Of a DNA stretch of 57,622 bases, positions 1-9,109 are shown piece after piece. Below the pieces are notes generated by a model. That model searched no databases. It saw only the letters and a list, made by a program, of their open reading frames with translations, and was not told the DNA's origin. Position 1 is the first letter of the stretch; every line of letters starts with the position of its first letter. This DNA is from an uncultured archaeon (GTDB lineage Archaea > Asgardarchaeota > Thorarchaeia > Thorarchaeales > Thorarchaeaceae), in contig CAZSWP010000026.1 of NCBI GenBank assembly GCA_964610875.1, positions 1 to 57,622 on the forward strand, in the 5' to 3' direction. The position numbers and the translations under genes were made by a program.

Positions 1-277
1 TTTCTACCTTCTTTGGAAGGTCAAACTTGAAGAAGAGCGGACCATAGAGAGTAGTACCTTTCTCTCTGAGATACTTTACTCTATGCTTTATGATAATGCT
101 TGACCCCAATTTTAGCTCGACCGACTGGATATCATCATACCAGATATAATCGAAACAGTTGACCTCAGGACGCTCTTCCCAGCCGTCATAGGTCAGACGA
201 TAGACCTCTTTATCATGGAATACAGGACTTCGCTGATAGCGGGGAACTACCACGTAAGCTTCGTCGGCTTTGGCCAC
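1..277 (-). CDS. hypothetical protein, N-terminal part (runs off window start)
   Basis: Manual translation from GTG at 277 is open to the window edge (MAKADEAYVVVPRYQRSPVFHDKEVYRLTYDGWEERPEVNCFDYIW...). Not in the ORF track because it has no stop in the window. Confidence 0.7.
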   Translation of the reverse strand, partial: MAKADEAYVVVPRYQRSPVFHDKEVYRLTYDGWEERPEVNCFDYIWYDDIQSVELKLGSSIIIKHRVKYLREKGTTLYGPLFFKFDLPKKVE

Positions 278-389
278 ACCTCTTGATTTGCAGTTTCATT
301 CTCTGATTCTTGGTAGGGTATTGCAATAATACGATTTCAGACCAAGGGTATTACTTGCGTAGGAATTCATTATTATATTCAGTAAATGA

Positions 390-938
390 GATTTAGAATA
401 TATCCATCATGTCATGAATGTAAATCTATATGGAACAATAAGAATGAACAAAAGATTCTATGCTTTGCTTCGCAAATCAAAGAGGAATCCGCTCATTATT
501 AACATGAGTTCACAAGGTGGGAAGTACGCATTTCTCTTTTGGGGACCTTATCATATGAGTAAATTTGCTTTGAAAGCTCATTCATATTCATTGAGAAGAG
601 AGCTTAAACTCGTTGGCATCAATGTCGTTGTGATTCAACCCGGAGCAATAGCATCTCAAGCTTTTCTAAAACAGAAAGAGAGATTGAGTGATTACGAACA
701 AGAAGTTGATTCAGAATTCACACCTTATGTAGTCCAATTCTTGAAGAGAGCATTCTATGATGAGAATTGAGAAGTTGAATCACCAAGTGCGGTAGCAAAG
801 GATCTTGAAAAGGCTATTTTCTCAACTAAACCAAAACGCCGTTATCAACCGAGCAGAAGACTGATTCCAGATATACTTGCTAGTAAATTCCCACAATCTC
901 TAGTGGACAGAATTATCCATGGCACATTAGATTCCTAA
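390..938 (+). pseudogene. short-chain dehydrogenase/reductase (SDR) remnant
   Basis: SDR motifs MNVNLYG, IINMSS and YHMSK (YxxxK) are present, but the N-terminal Rossmann GxxxGxG is absent (TGA at 387-389). An in-frame TGA at 768-770 is followed by a typical SDR tail (SPSAVAKDLEKAIFSTKPKRRY...LVDRII) ending at TAA 936-938. Confidence 0.75.
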
Positions 939-1019
939 GAGAATTTGATGACATTATTCAACCCGACCATATTTTGTAAATCGTCGTTATTCAAAGAGCC
1001 ACAATAAGTTGCAAATTAG

Positions 1020-1027
1020 TTTATAAC
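1020..1027 (+). promoter_or_regulatory. putative TATA box of surface-protein gene
   Basis: TTTATAAC about 33-40 nt upstream of the TTG start at 1060; GAGGT RBS-like sequence just before the start. Confidence 0.45.
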
Positions 1028-1059
1028 AAACCAGATTTTCCTCTCACTGAGGTTGACAA

Positions 1060-3903
1060 TTGAAACGCGTTCTACCTTTAATAGTAGTAACGTTGTTTCT
1101 CGCAGGAATTTTCATTGTGCCTGTAGGAGTTACAAATACTCCAGCACGCTTGCAGGAAACATCTTTACTTAATGATTTTACACTTGAAAAACAAGACGAA
1201 ACTTCTTGGATTCCGACAGACAAGATGGTAAGGATTGCATTGTATAATGAAACCAATACAACAACTCCGTCTTACACATCAGGAACTTTGAAGGCAAATT
1301 ACTCTGTAATTTATGACTTACTTACCAATTTTGGATACGAAGTTGCAAGATTAACTGTTCAAGATATTTCAAATCATGAACTCAATACTGTAAATTTTGA
1401 TGTAGTCATCCTTGCAGATACTTGTCCTCGTGAAAATATCACTGATTTGGTTAGAGAATTCTGGCTTGGCGGCGGAGGCATCCTTAGCTTTGATAGTGCA
1501 ATAGGATATCTTGGTTATGCAGGAATCCTTCCTCGCGAAGGTTTGGGAGTGGACGATGGACGGGGGACCTACTGGGAATATCGAGATAATTTCAAAGGGA
1601 ATGTTTCTGCAAGACATCCTATCACACAAGATTATTCCTTAACTGATCAGTTATTGTATGATGACATAACTAATTACGCTCAATTTGATAAGACTGCTTT
1701 AGACGTTACAACAATTGCATCCGATATTGAATACCTAGTAATGGACAAGGACAACTCAGACTGGTATCAAGTAGTAGCAGTTGATTCGACAGATATGGGA
1801 GGAAAGGTAGTCCAAATGGGTATTCCGATTGATCCATGGGCAGAAGATTGGGAGAACATGATAATTGATGCAGTAGAATGGCTTGTTCCAAGACCAAAAG
1901 CAAGAATTGCCTATGACTTAACCCACAAACCACATTATGGTGTTGATGTATGGGATAGCGACTATTACGTATATTCTACACAATACACAACCTATCGGAC
2001 AGATTTAGTGTCTAGGCACTACACCTTTGACAAACTCTATCCATCAATTGATGGGAATTTAACTGCAGATAGACTAGCACCTTATGATTTTCTCATAGTG
2101 TGTGAGAGTGCACTAGATTTCACAACTGCAGAAATATCAGCAGTTCAAACATGGGTCAATAACGGTGGAGGGTTGCTAGCTCTTAATGATGCGCCGTTCC
2201 AGCCAAATGATGTGTTATTTCTGAACAATCTGACTATGCCCTTTGGTCTATTTACAAATAGTACAAATATTGGGTCAGTAGATCCAGCAATTTTGAGTGA
2301 GAATCATCCTACAACAGAAGCATGTACATCGTTAGACTTCGGTTCTTCTGGCGCAATCAATGTAACAGGAGATGCCTATGAGATATGGAATGATGGAGCT
2401 GGCAATATTATCCTCGCTGCGAGTGAATTCGGTAACGGTCGTGTGATTCTAGCTGCAGATAGGCTTTGGCTAGGAAATGCGGACATTTTACAGAATAGCA
2501 ACAGACAGTACGGTTGGAACATGGCAAACTGGCTAACTGCAGGAACGACTGAGGTTCTATTATATACTGACGAACCTACGAGTACAAATAACTATAGAAC
2601 TCCTGTAGTCGATGCTCTGAATGATTTAGGATTGAATTTCTACCTCACATTTGACGAGACCTATCTCAACTTGTCCCTTCAGGTACAGAGTTGGGAAATG
2701 GTCATCATTGACAATCCATGGTCTGACATTGATGAGGCCTTGGATGCCTTATATGACCATGTTGAGGGTGGAGGTAGATTTTTGATGTCAGGCTATCAAG
2801 TGGACACCTTTCCAGATGACCCACTTTGGGCATTGCTCGGATTCCAATTCATCCATGAGAGCCATGATAGTATTCCGCTGTACATCTGGTCAGAAGATCA
2901 TCCCGTATTCAATACACCTTTTGATTATTCAGTGGGCAATTTCACACCCACACATGATTACGGTGATGAAGGTGACATTCTTGGAGTCTTTCCAAATGGA
3001 ACTGCAATTGCTGGAAATAGCTCCTCTTACAATGTGAATCATACTATGATGGTTTTGGGTAACTCTGCTCGCACTTTGTACAATGGATATGCTATAGATC
3101 AATTCATGGGAGACTTGGATGATTCAACTTATCCAGACAACTACGAACTTTGGTTGAATGAGATTGCATTCATCATGCGACCGACAATTGATAGTCCAAG
3201 TGATGCAACCATTGAACTAGGAGTAAGTGGTGAAACTATAGAATGGAATCCTGCAAGTTATAATCCATGGACATACTCCATTGAACGTGAAACCGTTGAA
3301 GTTGAATCTGGTACATGGAATGGCGATGCAATCTCTTATGAGATAGATGAGTCCAGTCCAGGAGTATATACCTTCGAGATAACAGTCCATGATGGTGCTG
3401 GATACAGCGCATCAGACATTGTCGTTATCACTGTAGAAGATACAACAGCTCCTACTATCACCTTTAATCCAGATAACATGGAGTTTGAAGAAGGTACCAC
3501 CGGTCATGAGTTGAACTGGACCTTTGAGGACTTAGAACCAGATACCTATGTGATTGAGGTTAATGGTACAACAGAGGCAAGTGGTTCATGGACCAGTGGT
3601 GTGAATGTCACTCTTCTAGTTGATGACCTTAGTCTTGATGTGGGAGTTTACAATGTGACTATTATCGCATTTGATGACTCGGGTAATTCAGTAACAGATG
3701 AAGTGATAGTGACTGTTCTTGAAGAGGAAACCACATCAACAGATACAACAACATCTGAAACGGATACAACTACTGAAACGACTACGGATACTGGTACTAC
3801 TACACCGCCACCTGATGGAGATTATACACTTATTCTCATCTTAGCGGGAGTTGCTGCAGTGGTAGTTATTATCGTCGTCATCATGATGAGGAAGAAGTCG
3901 TAG
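1060..3903 (+). CDS. membrane-anchored surface glycoprotein: signal peptide, about 3 GATase-like/DUF4350-type alpha/beta domains, 2 Ig-like repeats, Thr-rich linker, C-terminal TM + basic tail
   Basis: N-terminal hydrophobic signal; repeated 'W..GGG(I/L)L' and 'HP(I/T/V)' flavodoxin-like segments; PTIDSPSD and PTITFNPD Ig-like repeats; ETTSTDTTTS linker; TM + MRKKS; many N-x-S/T sequons. Confidence 0.8.
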   Translation: MKRVLPLIVVTLFLAGIFIVPVGVTNTPARLQETSLLNDFTLEKQDETSWIPTDKMVRIALYNETNTTTPSYTSGTLKANYSVIYDLLTNFGYEVARLTVQDISNHELNTVNFDVVILADTCPRENITDLVREFWLGGGGILSFDSAIGYLGYAGILPREGLGVDDGRGTYWEYRDNFKGNVSARHPITQDYSLTDQLLYDDITNYAQFDKTALDVTTIASDIEYLVMDKDNSDWYQVVAVDSTDMGGKVVQMGIPIDPWAEDWENMIIDAVEWLVPRPKARIAYDLTHKPHYGVDVWDSDYYVYSTQYTTYRTDLVSRHYTFDKLYPSIDGNLTADRLAPYDFLIVCESALDFTTAEISAVQTWVNNGGGLLALNDAPFQPNDVLFLNNLTMPFGLFTNSTNIGSVDPAILSENHPTTEACTSLDFGSSGAINVTGDAYEIWNDGAGNIILAASEFGNGRVILAADRLWLGNADILQNSNRQYGWNMANWLTAGTTEVLLYTDEPTSTNNYRTPVVDALNDLGLNFYLTFDETYLNLSLQVQSWEMVIIDNPWSDIDEALDALYDHVEGGGRFLMSGYQVDTFPDDPLWALLGFQFIHESHDSIPLYIWSEDHPVFNTPFDYSVGNFTPTHDYGDEGDILGVFPNGTAIAGNSSSYNVNHTMMVLGNSARTLYNGYAIDQFMGDLDDSTYPDNYELWLNEIAFIMRPTIDSPSDATIELGVSGETIEWNPASYNPWTYSIERETVEVESGTWNGDAISYEIDESSPGVYTFEITVHDGAGYSASDIVVITVEDTTAPTITFNPDNMEFEEGTTGHELNWTFEDLEPDTYVIEVNGTTEASGSWTSGVNVTLLVDDLSLDVGVYNVTIIAFDDSGNSVTDEVIVTVLEEETTSTDTTTSETDTTTETTTDTGTTTPPPDGDYTLILILAGVAAVVVIIVVIMMRKKS

Positions 3904-3914
3904 TAACTAATGAA

Positions 3915-3953
3915 GAGAACCTCGCAAAGAGGTTCTCAATCCTAATTTTTTTT
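3915..3953 (+). terminator. hairpin + T-tract terminator
   Basis: GAGAACCTC-GCAAA-GAGGTTCTC (3915-3937) followed by a T run at 3946-3953, starting 12 nt after the stop codon. Confidence 0.7.
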
Positions 3954-3996
3954 ATCTTGGAATTTTGTATCAGAAGGAAGATTGAGTGATTGAAAA

Positions 3997-4512
3997 ATGC
4001 AAACAGATGTGTTCCTATTCTCATTATTGATAGTTGTGTTTTGCTTCTTCATGATGATGTTCATCTCAATTGGAATCAAGGTATTCAAAGAATACGAAAG
4101 AGCTGTCATTCTTAGGCTAGGAAAATTTAGTAAGATAGTAGGTCCAGGAATCATCTGGAAAATGCCAATCCTAGATAGAATTGGAGCTGTATTCGATCTT
4201 AGGAAAAAAGTATTGACAATTCCAGTAGGTGTGATTGAAACAGAGAAGGAATTTGGTAGAGGAATTGAAGTACAGATAACCTACAGAATAACAGATGTCG
4301 AGAAGGCATATCTTTCAGTGGAAAACATTGAAGGTGCCATCATTCAGATTATACAGCATGAAGTCCATAAGATAGTTGAATCTGCAGTTCTGGATATTTA
4401 CTTTGATGATCATGATGCGATAGATGATGTAATCATGAATAGAATAGTAGACCCTCTGTCCAAAATGGGAATATCAATTGAAGATGTTAGTGCACGAAAA
4501 TTCGACTCTTAA
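3997..4512 (+). CDS. SPFH (band 7/stomatin) domain membrane protein, short form
   Basis: N-terminal TM, then IKVFKEYERAVILRLGKF..VGPG...PILDR...DLR, a stomatin/HflK signature. Confidence 0.85.
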   Translation: MQTDVFLFSLLIVVFCFFMMMFISIGIKVFKEYERAVILRLGKFSKIVGPGIIWKMPILDRIGAVFDLRKKVLTIPVGVIETEKEFGRGIEVQITYRITDVEKAYLSVENIEGAIIQIIQHEVHKIVESAVLDIYFDDHDAIDDVIMNRIVDPLSKMGISIEDVSARKFDS

Positions 4513-4528
4513 TTTAGTCACTATCCGA

Positions 4529-4765
4529 CTAAGATACAATGTACTTTGAGAGTGCAACTTTCAATCGCTTCTTGAATCCATCACTATCGTACTTTAGTTT
4601 CTGTCTAATCATCTTCCAAGTTGCCGGATCATTCTTGTAATCTACACTCAACATCTCATGAAGAATCATATTGATTTCTTTTTTATTTTCCTTTGTTAAT
4701 TCAACACCAAGCTCTTCGAAAAGCTCGATCATTCGTGAATTACTAAAGTAACGAACCATTTGCAT
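4529..4765 (-). CDS. small hypothetical protein
   Basis: ORF track gives 4529..4861. The likely true start is ATG 4765 or 4759, downstream of a TTTAATAA box near 4795-4802. Predicted helical and charged. Confidence 0.6.
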   Translation of the reverse strand: MQMVRYFSNSRMIELFEELGVELTKENKKEINMILHEMLSVDYKNDPATWKMIRQKLKYDSDGFKKRLKVALSKYIVS

Positions 4766-4873
4766 CACATGTATTATTCGTGATTGAAGTATCATTATTA
4801 AATATCTCGCGAACGAAGTAACTCCAAAGCACAGAAAAGTGATTACGTAGATAGCAACCACTAGTTAATTCGT

Positions 4874-5845
4874 TTATTCATTGAGATAAGGAGAGTTCTT
4901 GAGAATGATCCTTCGAATTAGGGGACTGAACAATTTCATTATGTGCCGTTTGAATCCCACTTTATCCTTCAATTGTTCCAGATAATCATCGAAGGTTCTT
5001 GATTGATAATGTAGCAATTCTTGGGATTTTGATGTGTCCATCCATGATGTATAATACCAATCATCATCAGTTGCAGGTTCTTTGAAAGCATCTTCAGGAA
5101 GGGTCCCAATTCCCATGACATCCATCATTTTATTCATGAACTCTCTATTATACATCTGACATTCAGGACCTCCACCAATGAGCAGGATATATCCAATAGT
5201 ATCAGCTTCCACGCAATTTGTAAAAGCAACTCCAACATCACTTGTATGAGCAAATTCCATAGGTTGGTCTAGTGGTATCTCAAACATCAATGGATCCATA
5301 TCTGTCCCTAGTTCTAGAGGGGGAATGGCAGTGAGTCTAAGAATCGTCCACGGGAGTGATGACTCCTTCAGTATCTTCTCACATTCTACTTTGTGGTGAG
5401 TGTAGTGATCAGTTGGTTTTTGTGGTGTGTCCGCAGTGACTAGAGGTTTGTCGGGACCTCTAGGGCCATAAGTTGAAACGGAACTGGCTAGTATGAATTT
5501 GGGTTTATTCTCCAGACCATCTGCAACTTCGACTAGATTTCTTGTTCCTCCTACATTCACTTTCCGTGCTAACTTGGGATTTTGCTCACTGAGTGGAGGG
5601 ATTATTGCTGCTAGATGAATAATTGCATCTACTCGATCAGCAATACTGACAATTTGGGTTTTATTGGTTATATCACCCCAGACAACATCAAAATCTACTT
5701 TCTCTTTCAATTCTTCGGCTTTCTTCTTAGTCCTATTGTTTTCCAAGTCAAAGCAGACCAAATCATATCCTTTTTCACGCATTGCAAGTAGTGTACTCTC
5801 TCCGATATTCCCAAACGCACCTGTGATTAAAACTTTCATCTCCAC
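4874..5845 (-). CDS. NAD-dependent epimerase/dehydratase (extended SDR)
   Basis: VLITGAFGNIG, HLAA, NVGGT, SSVSTYG and YTHHK motifs. Confidence 0.9.
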   Translation of the reverse strand: MEMKVLITGAFGNIGESTLLAMREKGYDLVCFDLENNRTKKKAEELKEKVDFDVVWGDITNKTQIVSIADRVDAIIHLAAIIPPLSEQNPKLARKVNVGGTRNLVEVADGLENKPKFILASSVSTYGPRGPDKPLVTADTPQKPTDHYTHHKVECEKILKESSLPWTILRLTAIPPLELGTDMDPLMFEIPLDQPMEFAHTSDVGVAFTNCVEADTIGYILLIGGGPECQMYNREFMNKMMDVMGIGTLPEDAFKEPATDDDWYYTSWMDTSKSQELLHYQSRTFDDYLEQLKDKVGFKRHIMKLFSPLIRRIILKNSPYLNE

Positions 5846-5973
5846 ATCTACTCCATAGGTACTAGGCTATAAAATTATAAGAAAACGTGACTCTTTAACC
5901 TATCAGTTCATATCTCAATTCAGTCGAGTTCGATTTATTACGCCGCTTTACATCTTTCTGTCAGGTAGAACCA

Positions 5974-7035
5974 ATGCAATCCACTCATCTCATTATCCCA
6001 TTATTTATTTCAACAGCAATCACAGCATTTGCAATGGCCACGATTCTCCGTTCTTGGTGGAAACGACGATTGACACCTACGCTTCTCTATTCAATTGCAG
6101 TGATTCTATTTTCAGGAATGGCATTGGACCTGTTACTTGACCAAGTATATATTCCCTTTAGAAGCTGGTTCATCGAAATCAATGGCCATGTACTATGGTG
6201 GTCGAATGTTCTCTTGGCTTTCTTCATCGTTGGGGGATTCCTTTTCTGGTATTTTGCAATCATGTACTCTGAGTATGATACACCCCCAACTAGAGCGATT
6301 ATTGTCAGTTTCATTGCGGGAGGGGCTTTGCTAGGAGAGATTGTAAAAGGAGATTGGTCAGAACAAATACCGTTAATCATAGAAGCTCTTGCTTTCATAA
6401 TTCTATCAGTTGAAGTCATTCACTACGGTAGGAAGGTCATAAGAACTACAGAAGAGAAGCAAGAAAAAATCTGGATATTCATGTATTTCCTTGGTTTTCT
6501 TTTATGGATCATCGCAGGACAAATTGGGATTGTCTTAGGAAACCTTCCGAGTTTCGAGTTTATTGCTGATTTCTGGACAATCCCTTACAGCATGGGTTTG
6601 CTTGTCATAGCAATTACTGTAGCTAGAAATCCAAGACTGTTGTTCATAAGTGAAGCACGTGCATTGGATTTACTTGTGCTAGACAAATCCGGGACACTCA
6701 TTCTCGGCCACCGAATCAGTAGACACGAAGATGCTATTGACATTGAACTCATGGGGTCTGCGATGTCAGGTGTGATTTCGCTAATGAAAGAGATGCTTGC
6801 CGGCGAAGGAGATTTGCAGCGTGTTGATCATGGTGACATTAAGATTCTTGTAGAGCGAGGACTCTATTCCACATTTCTATTGGTTGTCACAAAAGAAACT
6901 GCAAGATTCCGTCAGTCATTAAGAAACATAGTACTGGAGTTCGAAGCGAATTATAGAAGCGAATTGCTGGAAGACTCAGGGATGGTAACACAATACAAGA
7001 ACTTTCAAGGAAGAATCGATGAAATATTTGAGTAA
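5974..7035 (+). CDS. 7-TM membrane protein with C-terminal longin-like domain
   Basis: Seven hydrophobic segments in about aa 5-217. The C-terminal domain (LLVLDKSG...DIELMGSAMSGVISLMKEM...VDHGDIKILVERG...FEANY...G) matches the Asgard longin pattern and aligns with the second longin domain of 43530..45503. Confidence 0.75.
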   Translation: MQSTHLIIPLFISTAITAFAMATILRSWWKRRLTPTLLYSIAVILFSGMALDLLLDQVYIPFRSWFIEINGHVLWWSNVLLAFFIVGGFLFWYFAIMYSEYDTPPTRAIIVSFIAGGALLGEIVKGDWSEQIPLIIEALAFIILSVEVIHYGRKVIRTTEEKQEKIWIFMYFLGFLLWIIAGQIGIVLGNLPSFEFIADFWTIPYSMGLLVIAITVARNPRLLFISEARALDLLVLDKSGTLILGHRISRHEDAIDIELMGSAMSGVISLMKEMLAGEGDLQRVDHGDIKILVERGLYSTFLLVVTKETARFRQSLRNIVLEFEANYRSELLEDSGMVTQYKNFQGRIDEIFE

Positions 7036-7099
7036 CTATATCCAAAGGCTAATACAATTGACATCTAGATTCTAAAATATTCAGGAGACTCTATAGAAA

Positions 7100-8116
7100 A
7101 TGAATTCAGTAAAGGTGTTATTCATCTGGGATGTACGGAAAGAGCTTAGAGAGTATCTTCAGAAAGGACTTCAGGACATTGATAATCTCGAGTTAGTATT
7201 TCTAGATGAAGCTGCTGAAGAAGAATATCTCTCAAGTGCAGAATATGTTGATGCAATTGTGGGATGGAGACCAACTGACGAATTACTTGAAAAAGCGGTC
7301 AAATTGCGTCTTTTCATCAATCCTGGTGCGGGAGTACAACATTTAGTTCATAGATTCAAGAAATTAAATGAAACAAGAAAAATCACACTTGTCAATGGGC
7401 ATGGTAATTCATACTTCACCGCACAACATGCAGTAGCTCTGCTTCTTGCAATTATGAACAAAGTGGTTCCACATCATAATTGGATGACTGAAGGGAAGTG
7501 GCGGATGGGAGATAATGAAGGAAGATCAACTCCGCTTCGGTCTCGAAGAGTCGGCTTGTTGGGTTATGGAGCTGTAAATAGCAAGGTGCATAGTTTCCTA
7601 TCGGGATTCGATGTTGAATTTCATATCCTTAAACGCACATGGGAAAGTGATACAGAATTACCAACTGAAGTCGTAAGATACACACCAAAAGAAATGCATC
7701 AATTTCTAGAAGAGATTGATACTTTAATCATAGCAGTACCTCAAACACCTGATACAGAGGGGCTGATTGGTCTAGAAGAGCTTAGATTACTTGGTCCAGA
7801 TGGATTCCTAGTAAATATGGCTAGAGGTAGTGTGATTGATGAAGAGGCTCTTTATAATATTTTAAAGAATAAGACAATCGCAGGCGCTTCAATCGATGTC
7901 TGGTATGAATATGGACCTGATGAAGATGAGTGGGGGAGAAAATACCCTTTCCATTATCCGTTCCATGAGCTGCAGAATGTCGTTCTATCTCCACATAGAG
8001 GCGCATCGCCAATGGAAGACTTGAGAAGATGGGACGAGGTCATTGAAAATCTATCAAGGCTAGCAAAGAGTGAAACAGAGTTCATGAATACCGTTGAGCT
8101 TGATAGAGGCTACTAA
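7100..8116 (+). CDS. D-isomer-specific 2-hydroxyacid dehydrogenase
   Basis: GAGVQH, VGLLGYGAV, PQTPDTEGLI, VNMARG, IDVW and SPHRG motifs. Confidence 0.9.
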   Translation: MNSVKVLFIWDVRKELREYLQKGLQDIDNLELVFLDEAAEEEYLSSAEYVDAIVGWRPTDELLEKAVKLRLFINPGAGVQHLVHRFKKLNETRKITLVNGHGNSYFTAQHAVALLLAIMNKVVPHHNWMTEGKWRMGDNEGRSTPLRSRRVGLLGYGAVNSKVHSFLSGFDVEFHILKRTWESDTELPTEVVRYTPKEMHQFLEEIDTLIIAVPQTPDTEGLIGLEELRLLGPDGFLVNMARGSVIDEEALYNILKNKTIAGASIDVWYEYGPDEDEWGRKYPFHYPFHELQNVVLSPHRGASPMEDLRRWDEVIENLSRLAKSETEFMNTVELDRGY

Positions 8117-8147
8117 GGAGAACCATGAATCTATCCAGAATATAATA

Positions 8148-9002
8148 CTAAATATCATCAAACTCGTCATAATCAAGTGCGAGTTTTCTTGGATTAACAA
8201 GAAGACTGAGTTCAAATCTATCTTGATAGATTTCTTCTTCACCTTTGGAAATTGCTTTCATTATTTTCCTAATCTTGTCTTGCATTTTCGTCCGATATTT
8301 TACGACTACGGAGAAGCATTGCAAAATCCTACAGAACCACTGATTCTTAGCTAATACGGGATCCTTGATTTTAACTTCAAATTCTCCACCTAAATCCCCA
8401 AACTTACTATCAATTTCTGCAACGGTCTCTCCACCAGAGAGTTTGATAACTCTATAATCATCACCAGCTGAGCCTCGTATCCCTTCAATTCGGTATATAT
8501 CAAAGGTCTTGTTTGGCCCCAGTAAGAAGAACGAGTAACTCTCTGTGGTTAACTTCCCACGATTGACCTGTTGTAGTCGAGTGATGAACTCATTGTCTCG
8601 TGTGAAGACCGAGAGTGCAATTAGGGGTTCATCACTTGCAAAACTGTTAGCCACTTCCTGTGCCACCATCTCTTCAGCAGTAGCAATCCATCCACCACTA
8701 TTTGTGAACAGTTTCAAAACTAATCTTCTTTGGAACTCGTTTGGTTCATCTTCCCAGAGAGAATTTCGGAGAATGATAAATCCAGTCTTCTCTTTGTCAG
8801 GTAACTTACCATCTGCATCAACTACGGCTTCTTCTATTTTACCAATTATTTCAGCGTCAGCAGAAAATTGTCGACTCTTGGAACGCCAGACCTCATCTTG
8901 CCGGATACCAATTTCCTCACTATGCATATCAGTCACATAGAGATCTTGTGAGTATACTTTGTAGACTGGCCCTATTTTCCGTTCTTCCTTTTCATCATTC
9001 AT
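8148..9002 (-). CDS. hypothetical protein, possible tubby/LURP-one/scramblase-like beta-barrel
   Basis: Beta-strand pattern ending in 'DYRV..LSGGETVAEIDSKFGDLGGEFEVKIKDP...FCRILQCFSVVV', resembling the LURP/tubby C-terminal strands plus central helix. Confidence 0.55.
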   Translation of the reverse strand: MNDEKEERKIGPVYKVYSQDLYVTDMHSEEIGIRQDEVWRSKSRQFSADAEIIGKIEEAVVDADGKLPDKEKTGFIILRNSLWEDEPNEFQRRLVLKLFTNSGGWIATAEEMVAQEVANSFASDEPLIALSVFTRDNEFITRLQQVNRGKLTTESYSFFLLGPNKTFDIYRIEGIRGSAGDDYRVIKLSGGETVAEIDSKFGDLGGEFEVKIKDPVLAKNQWFCRILQCFSVVVKYRTKMQDKIRKIMKAISKGEEEIYQDRFELSLLVNPRKLALDYDEFDDI

Positions 9003-9059
9003 GATTCTCGCCAGCTCATCATGTACACTACTCTTTGATAAGTATTAGCGGTAGGTGAT

Positions 9060-9100
9060 GAAAAAAAGATGAAAACAAGATGGGCGTTGAAAGCCCATCC
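9060..9100 (-). terminator. hairpin + T-tract terminator of surface-protein operon
   Basis: GATGGGC-N7-GCCCATC (9079-9099), about 10 nt after the stop at 9110, followed on the minus strand by TTGTTTTCATCTTTTTTT. Confidence 0.7.
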
Positions 9101-9109
9101 TATTTTGTG

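Noticed and set aside
768-770. In-frame TGA in the SDR gene as possible selenocysteine recoding
   Set aside because: It is not at a catalytic Cys-equivalent position. The gene also lacks its N-terminal Rossmann motif and has another upstream stop, so pseudogenisation is simpler.
3724-3812. Repetitive ACx-rich DNA
   Set aside because: Explained by the Thr/Asp/Glu-rich linker of the surface protein; not an independent repeat element.
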